Below are positions 38,166-47,818 of a DNA stretch of 57,877 nt, piece by piece; position 1 is the first letter of the stretch; each line of letters begins with the position of its first letter. The DNA is from Gammaproteobacteria bacterium. Its GTDB lineage: Bacteria > Pseudomonadota > Gammaproteobacteria > UBA4575. The DNA is taken from positions 1-57,877 of the forward strand of contig JAQWYM010000034.1 in NCBI GenBank assembly GCA_029253965.1. The letters are read 5' to 3'. The position numbers were made by a program, and so were the translations under genes. Under the pieces are notes generated by a model. The model was not told where the DNA came from, searched no databases, and worked only from the letters and a program-made list of their open reading frames with translations.

Positions 38166-39149
38166 CAATAAATAGGCTAATGCACAAACATTGAGACGTC
38201 GCTTAAACAGGTAAGTTTTAGTCAACCCTGTCACCCCCCAGCCCTTAATCGCTAACCTTAGCCACATCTTAAAGACAACCTGTGCCAGGGCTATCTGATT
38301 GTAGACTCGCTTATCTCGGTTAGCTTGCAACAGCATCTGTAACCAGTCTGCAGCCCATAAGAAGAAGTCAGGATCAGTTTCAGCTAAAGCTTTAGGTCGC
38401 GCAATTTTGATGTGACGTTGCAGGTCTTCTGCTGTGAACTTTACACCGAGTTTCAAGAGAGCCTCTGCTGCAATAAGACATTTCTTTTGATCACCTACTG
38501 TCGAGGTATTAAAGGTGATTTGATCATCATGTTTTCGTCCTAGCACCAAGCGCTTTGGCAAGTTATGCAGCTCACCGAAGTCGGCTAGGCGCATTAATAA
38601 TTCATAATCCTGACAGCGGGTAAAATCGTTGTTATAGCCCAGCTCTTTTAAGACTGAGGCACGCGCCATAAATGTTCTATTATGAACTGCACAGTGAAAT
38701 AAAAGGCTCGCTTTGATCTTTTGGTTACTCAGCGGACGAGTACAGAGGCGCTTGATAACCTTACCTTCTGCGTTTATATACTGACTCCAAGAACCTAAGC
38801 CAACACACTCGGCATGAGCATCAAAGTAGTCCAGCTGTGTCTGTAAGCGCTTAGGCAGCATAATATCGTCACTATCTAATAGTGCGATGAACTCTCCTCT
38901 AGCTTCTTCTAAGCCTCGATTACGCGTTCTAGGGATACCTAAGTTTTTTTCATTACGGAACAGGCGTATACGTGGGTCTTGATAGGCCTCAATGATTTCA
39001 ATTGAACGATCAACTGAACCGTCATCGACTAATACCACTTCAAAATCAGTGAAACTTTGTGCTAGTACGCTATCGAGAGTCTCTACTAAATAACGCTCTC
39101 GGTTATAAACGGGAATAAAGACCGTTACTCTTGGGGCTGCTGTACTCAT
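38151..39149 (-). CDS. family 2 glycosyltransferase
   Basis: VFIPVYNRERYL...VDDGSVD...LDSDD (DxD) motifs. Confidence 0.85.
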   Translation of the reverse strand: MSTAAPRVTVFIPVYNRERYLVETLDSVLAQSFTDFEVVLVDDGSVDRSIEIIEAYQDPRIRLFRNEKNLGIPRTRNRGLEEARGEFIALLDSDDIMLPKRLQTQLDYFDAHAECVGLGSWSQYINAEGKVIKRLCTRPLSNQKIKASLLFHCAVHNRTFMARASVLKELGYNNDFTRCQDYELLMRLADFGELHNLPKRLVLGRKHDDQITFNTSTVGDQKKCLIAAEALLKLGVKFTAEDLQRHIKIARPKALAETDPDFFLWAADWLQMLLQANRDKRVYNQIALAQVVFKMWLRLAIKGWGVTGLTKTYLFKRRLNVCALAYLLPPYG

Positions 39150-39357
39150 ATATTAGAAAATGCCCTTGAATAAGGCGCTCTGCAAGAAGGAAGATGGCCA
39201 ACATTGTACGACTTAGGTCTAGATATGGCTAATGTAAGTCACTGCAGTCTAAGGATCCAGCTGATTGCGGGTGATCAACAAACACTGTTGATTAAAATAG
39301 TAGAGAAACTAACGCCGATTCATTTCCATAAAAAGCCAAATAGAATTACTATTCACT

Positions 39358-40170
39358 ATGAATCTACGTCGCACTCGCAAAGAAACAGCCGCCTACTCAC
39401 TGAGTAAGCGCCTAGCTAGCTATTTCCGAAGTAGTACGGGAGTACTGCTGAAGCGCATGGATGTTAGCTTTGTTAGTCTTGGCAAAAAACAATATAAGCG
39501 CATTACTTGTATAGACAACTACACTCCCATACATATGCAAGATCTTTTAGCCCAGGTGGCTAGAAGCCGCTATTTCCCGAAGACTTTAATTCGATATGAG
39601 AATGAAATCTGGGTTGAGTTTGTTGATGGCGATATCGTCAAGAAAATTGATTCATTTTTTATTCAACAGATCATAGATTTTTATTCTTCTCTCTATCAAT
39701 GTGCTTCGGCGTTAAAGAGTTCAGAAAACTTTCTCGGCGCTGCATTAATTGATCTAGAGTTTCTAATGGATATGGAACTGCTTTCTGAACAAGACCATGA
39801 ACAACTACGGCATCTCTTACTAAAGAATGCGCCTGAAAAAGTATGGGTTGGCTTGGATTACACCGATGCTTTATTGAAAAACTTTGTTCAAGAAAAGGGC
39901 AGTAACCGCCTTGTCGCTATTGATATTGAAAGCTTACAAGATAAGCGTTTAATCGGTTTTGGCTTAGCCAAAGCACATACAACTTGGATGACAGACCAAC
40001 AGTTTGATCAAGTCATTGAAGGCATGCGCATGAATGAAACGCCGGCGTTTTATGATTATTATCTGTTTGTATTGCTTTGTTTTCGTGCGCGCTGGTTAAA
40101 AAGTCTTTTCTTACGCAAAAAAATGAAACGACTCAAGATAAATCTATTGACCGATTTAATCACTGATTAG
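39358..40170 (+). CDS. hypothetical protein, possibly with a protein-kinase-like / lipid-sugar kinase fold
   Basis: 270 aa. LDYTDALLKNFV...LVAIDIESL resembles the catalytic-loop and metal-binding segments of Kdo/WaaP-type kinases. The resemblance is weak. Confidence 0.35.
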   Translation: MNLRRTRKETAAYSLSKRLASYFRSSTGVLLKRMDVSFVSLGKKQYKRITCIDNYTPIHMQDLLAQVARSRYFPKTLIRYENEIWVEFVDGDIVKKIDSFFIQQIIDFYSSLYQCASALKSSENFLGAALIDLEFLMDMELLSEQDHEQLRHLLLKNAPEKVWVGLDYTDALLKNFVQEKGSNRLVAIDIESLQDKRLIGFGLAKAHTTWMTDQQFDQVIEGMRMNETPAFYDYYLFVLLCFRARWLKSLFLRKKMKRLKINLLTDLITD

Positions 40171-40198
40171 CACAAACAATAAGGCTGTTTTCAGTCTT

Positions 40199-40897
40199 TT
40201 ATCGTCCCAACATATTAAGCAAACTTTGTCTAAAGCTGAGTTTATTAATCACCACAATAAATACCTTTCGGTACTGCCCTTGGGGACAGGTAATCTCTTC
40301 GACGCCATGCCAGCTATTTCCATTACGCGAAAATAAGAGGCTGTTGTTGCCGGTTGCATTCGCTCGTTGTGAACTTTTGAAATCAGAAAACTTTGGACTA
40401 GATTGGCGTTTAAACTGGCCACCATCATCAAGAATTAAAGTATCCCCTCCCCACTCCGGCTGCCACTCTTCGGGCGTATTAAAATAGAAGATATGAGAAC
40501 CAATCTTACGCATCGCGTCGCAGTGTGGTGATACCGAGCAGCCACGTGGTGTGTAATGCCAATGGAAGCGCAGCTCAATCCGATTGAGACCTGTCATGCG
40601 CTTAATAAATTGTTTGTAGTCATTCGATGTGAGTTCCTGCATAAACTCTTTCCATGCAGGCGATAAGGCCAACCCAGAATGATACTCTAAAGCTAAACGA
40701 TCATGGCTTTCCTGACCGAACTTGCGCTTGTGTCCAAACTTTTCATCAAACAGTGTGGTTTCAGGCATGGAGTCAATAAGTGCCTGATAGCGATCCGCTT
40801 GGATAAACTCAGAGATACCCAGCCAAGGATAAGGACTTGTCGTTTTATACGACTGCTCATCTAAACCTTGCATCATTGTTTGATTAAGATATTTCAT
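40199..40897 (-). CDS. 2OG-Fe(II) oxygenase-like protein
   Basis: 232 aa. HxD (SPHCD) plus a distal His (SWHGV) in a double-stranded beta-helix-like context. Confidence 0.5.
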   Translation of the reverse strand: MKYLNQTMMQGLDEQSYKTTSPYPWLGISEFIQADRYQALIDSMPETTLFDEKFGHKRKFGQESHDRLALEYHSGLALSPAWKEFMQELTSNDYKQFIKRMTGLNRIELRFHWHYTPRGCSVSPHCDAMRKIGSHIFYFNTPEEWQPEWGGDTLILDDGGQFKRQSSPKFSDFKSSQRANATGNNSLLFSRNGNSWHGVEEITCPQGQYRKVFIVVINKLSFRQSLLNMLGR

Positions 40898-40933
40898 TTT
40901 TTAGTATCCCAAAGCGGCGTCATTACAGCCAGA

Positions 40934-43282
40934 TTAACTGCGATAATTCAGTTGTCGTGAAATAAAGGATACGGTATCCAATAACTCAGCATCAGGCTCA
41001 TCCATCAGTACAAAATCATTTTCTGTTAACTCTGTAATCTCATCCAAATAGCAGATATGTTTGCGTAGCTTCATATTCTCCAAGAATCCATCAATATCAC
41101 GCACAGATGTCATCCAGCCATTCGCAATAAACTGGTCATATAACCGTGCCAAACTATTTTGTTGCTTCGGTGTCCCACGATAACTTGCTGTTCTCTGCTG
41201 ATAGATTGCAAGCCATTGAAGTCCTCGAGTCAAAGCCATTAATACATCGAGCCTTTGTGGCAAACGCTGCACATAAACCTGCTTCTTGAGCTTACAGATT
41301 TCGCTGATCATGGAGACACTATCGCCGGTCACTATGACGCTATCCGCTAATGAGAGGCAACCTAGATACGGGCTTTCTGCTTGCCCAGATTTCCACTCAA
41401 AAGCGATATTACGGCTTCTCAATTCCGCTCTAAACCAAGCTAAAGCATGCTTTGGTGTGCGTGGACTGGTGCAGATTAAAACGGATTGATTATTCTTTTT
41501 CGCCAGTTCATCCACGGCCTGAGCCATTTTCTTCATGACCGCCTGATTGATGATATACGGCCGGCTTGGGCCACCTATAACGACGCTTATATAAGGCCCT
41601 GGACATGACGACAACTGAGGCAGCAAATCAACCTCATTAGTGCGCAAGTGGTCGTTAGAAATACTATTAAAGGGCAGACAGTTTTGAATCACATTATTGC
41701 GTAACGGCAACTGATATTGCGGTGTCGTAACCACCAAATCAAAATGCTTTAGCGCACACCATGGACGCCCAATATGAATCAAACGTGTCTTACCTGCCGA
41801 TGCCTGTTTAATCCAGCGCGCAACAGGGGCTGCTCGACGCCCGGAAGAGAGTACGTAATCTGGCCATTCTGCCGATTTAAGGTTGGCTGCTGACTCTGAA
41901 GTAACACCCAGTAAGCTAGGCCCTAAAACGTAATTTGGAATATGGTTAAGCAGATGGAAACGCAGAGGTTTAGTTTCGCAATTCCAGCCCAACTCAGCAG
42001 CCAACTTCTCTAGCTGTGCATTATCACCTTTTCGATGAGTGGTTAATATCCAGACATTCTGCAGCCGACCGTGTTGACCTGATTGATAGCATACTTTTTC
42101 AACACCAGCCTGCGTAGTCCTCTGATAATTCAGCGTCCACTTTATAGATGGGAATGCATATGCAATCTCGAGAATCTGTTCACGCCACCAGCCTACTGAT
42201 TGTTGGTTACGTTCTATAGCATAGCCATCAGCGAGTAATAGCGGGGCATCGTGATACTCAACAAATAACTCGAGTACTTCATTGGCCGCAGAAAACAGAC
42301 TGCGTAGTAGCCAAGCGACATCAGTTTGTGGCACACGTTCAAGTAAGTGACGAGCTATCAGCCTTGAACAAGATAGTGACTGTAACTGTGCTAACTTATT
42401 ACTCTGGTGAGAACTGTCATTATCAGCTAGATCTAAGGTCGCTCCATTGACTGTCACCTGCCCCAGACTGACCGTTATCACGGCAGTAGACTCTAGATCT
42501 ACTGAGCCCTGTGTTTGAACATGCAATTTTTGCAGCGCAGAAAAAGCGGTACTCGTCTGCTCTGCGGTAAAGTTCTGATAGCCCTCATTGATGGCACTCT
42601 TTTCTAAATCAAACCAAAGATGACTCAAGCTATGCGGATGATAAGAATAGCTCTCTGGACTCGGCTGCCAAGGTTGTAAATGTAAGGCGGTAAAATGCAG
42701 CACCTTAGTCTCACCTTCAATATACTCGAAGTCGCGTGCGTTCCATTGCTGATCTGCAGAGCCCCAAAGGCCTTTCTGAGCTGCTCCACGCTGATTTAAT
42801 TCTTTTTTTGATTCTTGCTGAGCAGCCTCTAGATTCCATAAGGGCAACATACGCTGACAGTCGATCAACATCACCGAGGTATCACTCGCTGCGACCGCAA
42901 GGTAGGCATGCTCATCCATTTCAGCATCGAATAGCAGAGCAGGATCTTGAAGGTATATCTGATCAACATCGTTATAGATTGCACGTCCACTACCACCGGC
43001 AAGTGTCGGAATAGCGTATCGATAACAGGTAAAACCAGTACGCCAAGTAGAACGATCAAAACCCTTTAGGTTTTTCATGATATGAATTTCATAACTACGC
43101 TTCGGATCACGCACTTTTTCTATCGAATAGATAAAAACGCGTTCAGCACGATACTGGGCATCTTCAGAGCCTAAAAAGATACGCACAGGCGGCTTTGATG
43201 AGGCTGTTGCTGCAGGCAAAATAACCACTTCTGGGCTAGTGCTGTAGAAACTTGCTTGTTCTATGTGTTTGGGAGATTTCAT
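40934..43282 (-). CDS. fusion protein: N-terminal GT8-like nucleotide-sugar transferase + C-terminal ELM1/DUF1022-like putative glycosyltransferase
   Basis: 782 aa. The N-terminal part has AIYNDVDQIYLQDP (DxD). The C-terminal part starts VWILTTHRKGDNAQ, as in the ELM1 family. Confidence 0.5.
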   Translation of the reverse strand: MKSPKHIEQASFYSTSPEVVILPAATASSKPPVRIFLGSEDAQYRAERVFIYSIEKVRDPKRSYEIHIMKNLKGFDRSTWRTGFTCYRYAIPTLAGGSGRAIYNDVDQIYLQDPALLFDAEMDEHAYLAVAASDTSVMLIDCQRMLPLWNLEAAQQESKKELNQRGAAQKGLWGSADQQWNARDFEYIEGETKVLHFTALHLQPWQPSPESYSYHPHSLSHLWFDLEKSAINEGYQNFTAEQTSTAFSALQKLHVQTQGSVDLESTAVITVSLGQVTVNGATLDLADNDSSHQSNKLAQLQSLSCSRLIARHLLERVPQTDVAWLLRSLFSAANEVLELFVEYHDAPLLLADGYAIERNQQSVGWWREQILEIAYAFPSIKWTLNYQRTTQAGVEKVCYQSGQHGRLQNVWILTTHRKGDNAQLEKLAAELGWNCETKPLRFHLLNHIPNYVLGPSLLGVTSESAANLKSAEWPDYVLSSGRRAAPVARWIKQASAGKTRLIHIGRPWCALKHFDLVVTTPQYQLPLRNNVIQNCLPFNSISNDHLRTNEVDLLPQLSSCPGPYISVVIGGPSRPYIINQAVMKKMAQAVDELAKKNNQSVLICTSPRTPKHALAWFRAELRSRNIAFEWKSGQAESPYLGCLSLADSVIVTGDSVSMISEICKLKKQVYVQRLPQRLDVLMALTRGLQWLAIYQQRTASYRGTPKQQNSLARLYDQFIANGWMTSVRDIDGFLENMKLRKHICYLDEITELTENDFVLMDEPDAELLDTVSFISRQLNYRS

Positions 43283-43316
43283 TATCGCTTTTAAGTGAAA
43301 TTTCTAACTCTTTTGA

Positions 43317-43757
43317 ATCTTATTTTGCCACCACATACCGCTGGATGCATACCCAAAAGTGGGCAATAATATTCAATTGGCAATGCGACTCAACATCCAA
43401 AACCCCATCCCAATTGGAAACACCCTATTTTGGCAAGGCGAAGCTAATACCATTGAACAATCGCTGAGCCGAACAGCGCTAGTATTTGGTAATCACCAAC
43501 AAACCATCAATCGCATTGCTTGGTGTACTGGCGGCGCACAGACCTATATTAAACACGCCATTGATGTTAGCGCAAATTGTTTTATCAGTGGTGAAGTCTC
43601 CGAGCAAACCTCTGCCATTGCCCAAGAAAATAATATAGCCTTTATCTCTGCTGGGCATCATGCCAGCGAGCACTATGGCGTGCAGCCTTTATGCCAGCAT
43701 CTCAGCCAGCAATTTACGCTTAAGCATCGTTTTACTGACATCGAAAATGGAGCCTAA
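43317..43757 (+). pseudogene. 5'-truncated Nif3-family (YbgI-like) gene remnant
   Basis: The open frame from 43317 reads HHIPLDAYPKVGNNIQLA...IAWCTGGAQ...GEVSEQT...AGHHASE. This matches the C-terminal ~55% of E. coli YbgI, and roughly the first 100 codons are absent. Confidence 0.7.
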
Positions 43758-43831
43758 CTTTGATTAATATATACGTTAGGCCCATATAAAACATAGATAT
43801 TTAGTGTGACATGTTGTATTTGCTTAATTCA

Positions 43832-44194
43832 CTAACTTTCACTTTTAACGTATGTACCACTAGCACCAAGAAATTGACCAACTTGGTAGTCGCACTGAAT
43901 AGTGTTTTTGTCGACTGCTTTAATATAACCGGATACTTCTATCTTGCCATGAAAGTTAATATCTCCAATAAACGTATAATAAACTATATCATCTCCGGGG
44001 GCAGTTTCAGTCGTGGCATGAACAGCAACATGTACTAACTCTTCAGATAACACGGGGATTTTAATTGATACTATCCCTTTACAACATGAAATAAAAATTC
44101 CCCCAGACTCTCCATCTTTCCAGTCGCCTTCCAAGAAACTAGGATAAACAGGATTATTTAGTTTTCTAAGTTTGATTATTTCTTCTTTTTGCAT
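43832..44194 (-). CDS. hypothetical protein in an AT-rich patch
   Basis: 120-aa ORF with no recognisable motif and an AT-rich upstream region. Confidence 0.3.
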   Translation of the reverse strand: MQKEEIIKLRKLNNPVYPSFLEGDWKDGESGGIFISCCKGIVSIKIPVLSEELVHVAVHATTETAPGDDIVYYTFIGDINFHGKIEVSGYIKAVDKNTIQCDYQVGQFLGASGTYVKSES

Positions 44195-44371
44195 TTTTTA
44201 CTCTGTTATTTATGTATATATTAAGTCTCATAACCCACGAAGTATAAACTTTTTTTTTAATTATTAATATGTTTAATTATTTATATTTTTAATTGACTTT
44301 TACTTGCTGTTAGCAACGAAAATTTTGATTCAAACTTGCAGTATAATATTGTGCTTTAGTTTTATATTTTA

Positions 44372-44629
44372 ATGAGTGAAAAATTTGATGTTTGTGCGCT
44401 GGGTGCGGCGGGTGAAACTATTTTATCGATTTTAAATGAGCGAAATTTCCCAATTAATAACTTATACCCTTTAGCCAGCGCCAATTAAGCAGGCAAGAAG
44501 GTATTGCATCAAGGGAAGCAATGGACGGTGCAGGACTTAGCGACCTTTGATTTTTCTCAGGCACAGGTCGGCTTGTTTTCAGCAGATGATGTTATTTCTG
44601 AAAAGTATGCGCCAATTATAGAGCTTGCA
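44372..44629 (+). pseudogene. USG-1/aspartate-semialdehyde dehydrogenase family gene fragment with an in-frame TAA
   Basis: MSEKFDVCALGAAGETILSILNERNFPINNLYPLASAN*AGKK...DFSQAQVGLFSA matches the Asd/USG-1 N-terminus. Stop at 44486-44488, and homology is lost after ~86 codons. Confidence 0.7.
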
Positions 44630-44959
44630 TACAGCGCGAGTCGCCGAGCTAAAGCCATTTATTATGCCTTAACAGACAATTATGTTAGTTGTAAGGCCAC
44701 CTAACAGTTATCTGAGATTAGATATAATACCATTTAGCAGCAAAATCCAGCGGCTTAGGCTGAAGATTATGCCTACGCAAAGAGCACTCACTATGAGCAC
44801 TTTAGTGTTTCCTTTAAAGCCCCTATCTCAGTACAAAACTAGGCCTTAGAAAGTACAGACAGGGTGTTATACTGTGGCCGATCAGGCTAAGGCTTAACGG
44901 CTGAGGCTGGTTACTTTAGATTTCAGGCCCAGAAAATTCATTAAGGACAGTTACCTCTC

Positions 44960-47548
44960 ATGCGTAGTGCCACCATTGTAATCCCTACGCTGAATGAAGA
45001 GGGAAATGTAGATGCTCTGATGCAGCAACTTAATGCTGTGTCATCTCCAACCTGCGATCTAAAAATCCTGTTTGTCGATGACCAATCAGACGACCAAACC
45101 GTAGCAAAAGTCCATCAATGGCAGCAAAAACAAAACAATGTAGACGTTTTGCAACGCACAGGGCCTCGTGATCTAACGCAGTCCGTTATTGATGGTGCTG
45201 AGTATAGCCAAAGTGATTTTGTTCTCGTCATGGATGCCGATCTGAGTCACCCCAGTGAAAAAATCCCTGCGTTATTACAACCCTTAGTTGATGGCACTCA
45301 TGATCTCACTGTCGGTAGTCGCTATGTCAATGAGGGCGGTATTGCTGACTGGCCCCTTCACCGACGCTTCTTATCGTGGTTTGGTGGCTTACCCGCTAGA
45401 ATTATTTCTGATGTCAAAGATACCACCTCTGGATTTTTTGCCTGCCGTAAAGAATCTTTTCAGCATATCGCTGGTGAGGCCAAGGGTTACAAAGTCTTAC
45501 TTGAGCTCATGGTTGCAGGCCTAGACCAACTGCGTGTGAAAGAAGTTCCTATCGTATTCACTGACCGTGTTGCCGGTGAGTCGAAGCTTGGCAGTGCCGT
45601 GATGATTCAATATATGCAGCGCTTACTCGAGTTAAGCGGCGGCAATATTAGTGGCAAAACAGCAGGACGCTTTGCCCTAGTAGGCATACTTGGCGTCTTC
45701 ATCGATGCTTTCAGCTTTAGCCTAATGACCTCACAGGGTATCGCCATTGGCAATGCCCATGTTCTCAGTTTTATTATTGCAGCCTTGTCTAACTTTGTAT
45801 TGAACTCAAGATGGTCTTATCAGCACCGCCATGAGTCGATATCCAGCTGCTTAGATAACGCCAGTAAGTTTCTATTCTTTGGTCTACTCGCTTTAACGCT
45901 GCGTGGTGGTATTATTCACCTACTGGTTAGCTGGGGCATCAGCGCACACCTAGCGATCTATCCGGCTATTGTTGCTGCCGCATTAGTGAATTATTTTGGT
46001 GCTTCCTTTGTAGTCTTTGGGCATAAACAAACTAATGCTATGACCTCAATCAATTGGCGGGTTATCAGCACGGCCACGGTTGGCTTTATAGTGGCACTGC
46101 GCTTTCTTTACCTCGGTGGCAGTGAACTTATTCCTGATGAGGCCTACTATTGGTCTTATGCGCAGCATTTAGACTGGTCTTACCTCGATCACCCACCACT
46201 ATTAGCTTGGTTGATTGCAGCCAGTTGTAGTCTCTTTGGTGATAATGAATTTGCGGTACGCCTACCCTTCTTTATCGCTGGGATGCTGACCTTATGGTTT
46301 GCTTTCAAATTAGCTGACTTATTATTTGATCGCACCACCGCATTCATCAGCTGCCTGCTAATCGCCTGCTTACCTATCTTTTTCAGCACCGGCTTCCTTG
46401 CGACAACAGATAGCCTTCAAGCAACGTTTTGGATGGCCTCTTTATACTTCCTTGCACGAATATTTTTACACAACAAAGAAGAAGCTTGGCTGCCCCTTGG
46501 CCTAGTCCTTGGCCTCGGCATGCTCTCTAAATATACGCTAGTACTGTTGCTGCCGGGTATATTGCTACTGATGTTATTCAAAGCCAGTGCACGACATTGG
46601 TTTAAAAATCCACGCGTTTATGTTGCCGCGCTGTGTTCATTAGCTATCTTTTCTCCGGTCTTGTTTTGGAATTATCAGACGGACTGGAGTTCTTTCAGCT
46701 TTCAGACAGTACGTCGCCTTGATCGTGAGATTGAGTTTTCAGCACATTACCTGATCTTACATAGCTTGATTCTGCTCTCACCTATTGGCTTTTACCTAGC
46801 CATCAAGGCGCTATTTAAACTACCCTTAATGCAGCCTAGCGCATCAACAGCTGCTAGCAACAAAGATTATCAACACTTTGTATGGTGCTTTTTTGCCTTA
46901 CCCTTGACTGCCTTTATATACTTTAGTCTGACCTATTACCCACGCTTTCACTGGACGGCTCCGATCTGGCTTTTAGCCGTTCCTTTTATGGCTCACTTGC
47001 TGAGCCCAAGTCACGGCATGCAGTTCCCTGCCTTATCATCAGCACTGCGTAAGGCAACGCTATATTCAATTGCTCTGCTCTGCATACTCTATGGTGGACT
47101 CTTACATATCTCCACCTATGGGCCGCCACCAGGCGTGACAATACCCCTTTCAAATCACTATTTCTGGCGAACTACAGCCGCTGAAGTGACAGACTTAGAA
47201 AATCAGCTTGAAACCCTCAAGGGCCAGCGTCCGGTAGTCATCAGTTTAAGTAAATGGTCTATTGCTAGTGCGCTCAACTTTTATGATACGGATGGGCGCA
47301 GAGACAATATCCTCTCTCGTAATGCCATAGGTGAGTCTGCAACCATGTATGAGCAATGGACTCAGCCTAGTGCTTGGCAGGGTCATCCCGTGATCTTTGT
47401 TGCTATGAACAAAAAAGATATTACACAGCCAAATTTAGATCAATATGCTGACGGACTGGGCAAGTTGCAAACGAAGGTCATTATGCTCGGTGGAAATGAG
47501 GTGCGTACTCTCTACTATCGGCTAGCCGATAGTTACCAAGCAAGATAA
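44960..47548 (+). CDS. triple-fusion glycosyltransferase: polyprenol-phosphate GT2 (Dpm1/ArnC-like) + GtrA-like domain + GT-C (ArnT/PMT, GT39/83-like)
   Basis: aa 1-230: IVIPTLNEEGN...FVDDQSDD...MDADLSHP. aa ~235-355: four-helix GtrA-like segment (NFVLNSRWSY). aa ~360-862: polytopic GT-C with DEAYYW in the first loop. Confidence 0.7.
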   Translation: MRSATIVIPTLNEEGNVDALMQQLNAVSSPTCDLKILFVDDQSDDQTVAKVHQWQQKQNNVDVLQRTGPRDLTQSVIDGAEYSQSDFVLVMDADLSHPSEKIPALLQPLVDGTHDLTVGSRYVNEGGIADWPLHRRFLSWFGGLPARIISDVKDTTSGFFACRKESFQHIAGEAKGYKVLLELMVAGLDQLRVKEVPIVFTDRVAGESKLGSAVMIQYMQRLLELSGGNISGKTAGRFALVGILGVFIDAFSFSLMTSQGIAIGNAHVLSFIIAALSNFVLNSRWSYQHRHESISSCLDNASKFLFFGLLALTLRGGIIHLLVSWGISAHLAIYPAIVAAALVNYFGASFVVFGHKQTNAMTSINWRVISTATVGFIVALRFLYLGGSELIPDEAYYWSYAQHLDWSYLDHPPLLAWLIAASCSLFGDNEFAVRLPFFIAGMLTLWFAFKLADLLFDRTTAFISCLLIACLPIFFSTGFLATTDSLQATFWMASLYFLARIFLHNKEEAWLPLGLVLGLGMLSKYTLVLLLPGILLLMLFKASARHWFKNPRVYVAALCSLAIFSPVLFWNYQTDWSSFSFQTVRRLDREIEFSAHYLILHSLILLSPIGFYLAIKALFKLPLMQPSASTAASNKDYQHFVWCFFALPLTAFIYFSLTYYPRFHWTAPIWLLAVPFMAHLLSPSHGMQFPALSSALRKATLYSIALLCILYGGLLHISTYGPPPGVTIPLSNHYFWRTTAAEVTDLENQLETLKGQRPVVISLSKWSIASALNFYDTDGRRDNILSRNAIGESATMYEQWTQPSAWQGHPVIFVAMNKKDITQPNLDQYADGLGKLQTKVIMLGGNEVRTLYYRLADSYQAR

Positions 47549-47578
47549 AAATCTCTGTTTAAAATTGTCTCTCTAACA

Positions 47579-47818
47579 CTAGAGCCATTGCACTAAATAA
47601 TAGATAAACTGTCCTTCAGACGACTTTGATGGGCCCAGCACAATCGCCGCATAGCGTTTACTCGCAGGCTCTTGCTTGGCTAAAGCCTCCTCCTCATCAA
47701 CACACAGCGAGACACAGTTAGCAGCGAATCGATGGCGCTTGCTATGCGGCACATAGACCACAGCAAAATGTTCCTTTGAGACACCTCCAGCAGGGTCTGG
47801 TGGCACATAGCCGCGCAT
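47579..47818 (-). CDS. small hypothetical protein, start overlaps the stop of the upstream methyltransferase-fold gene
   Basis: 79-aa ORF with a 1-nt overlap at 47818. No family recognised. Confidence 0.4.
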   Translation of the reverse strand: MRGYVPPDPAGGVSKEHFAVVYVPHSKRHRFAANCVSLCVDEEEALAKQEPASKRYAAIVLGPSKSSEGQFIYYLVQWL

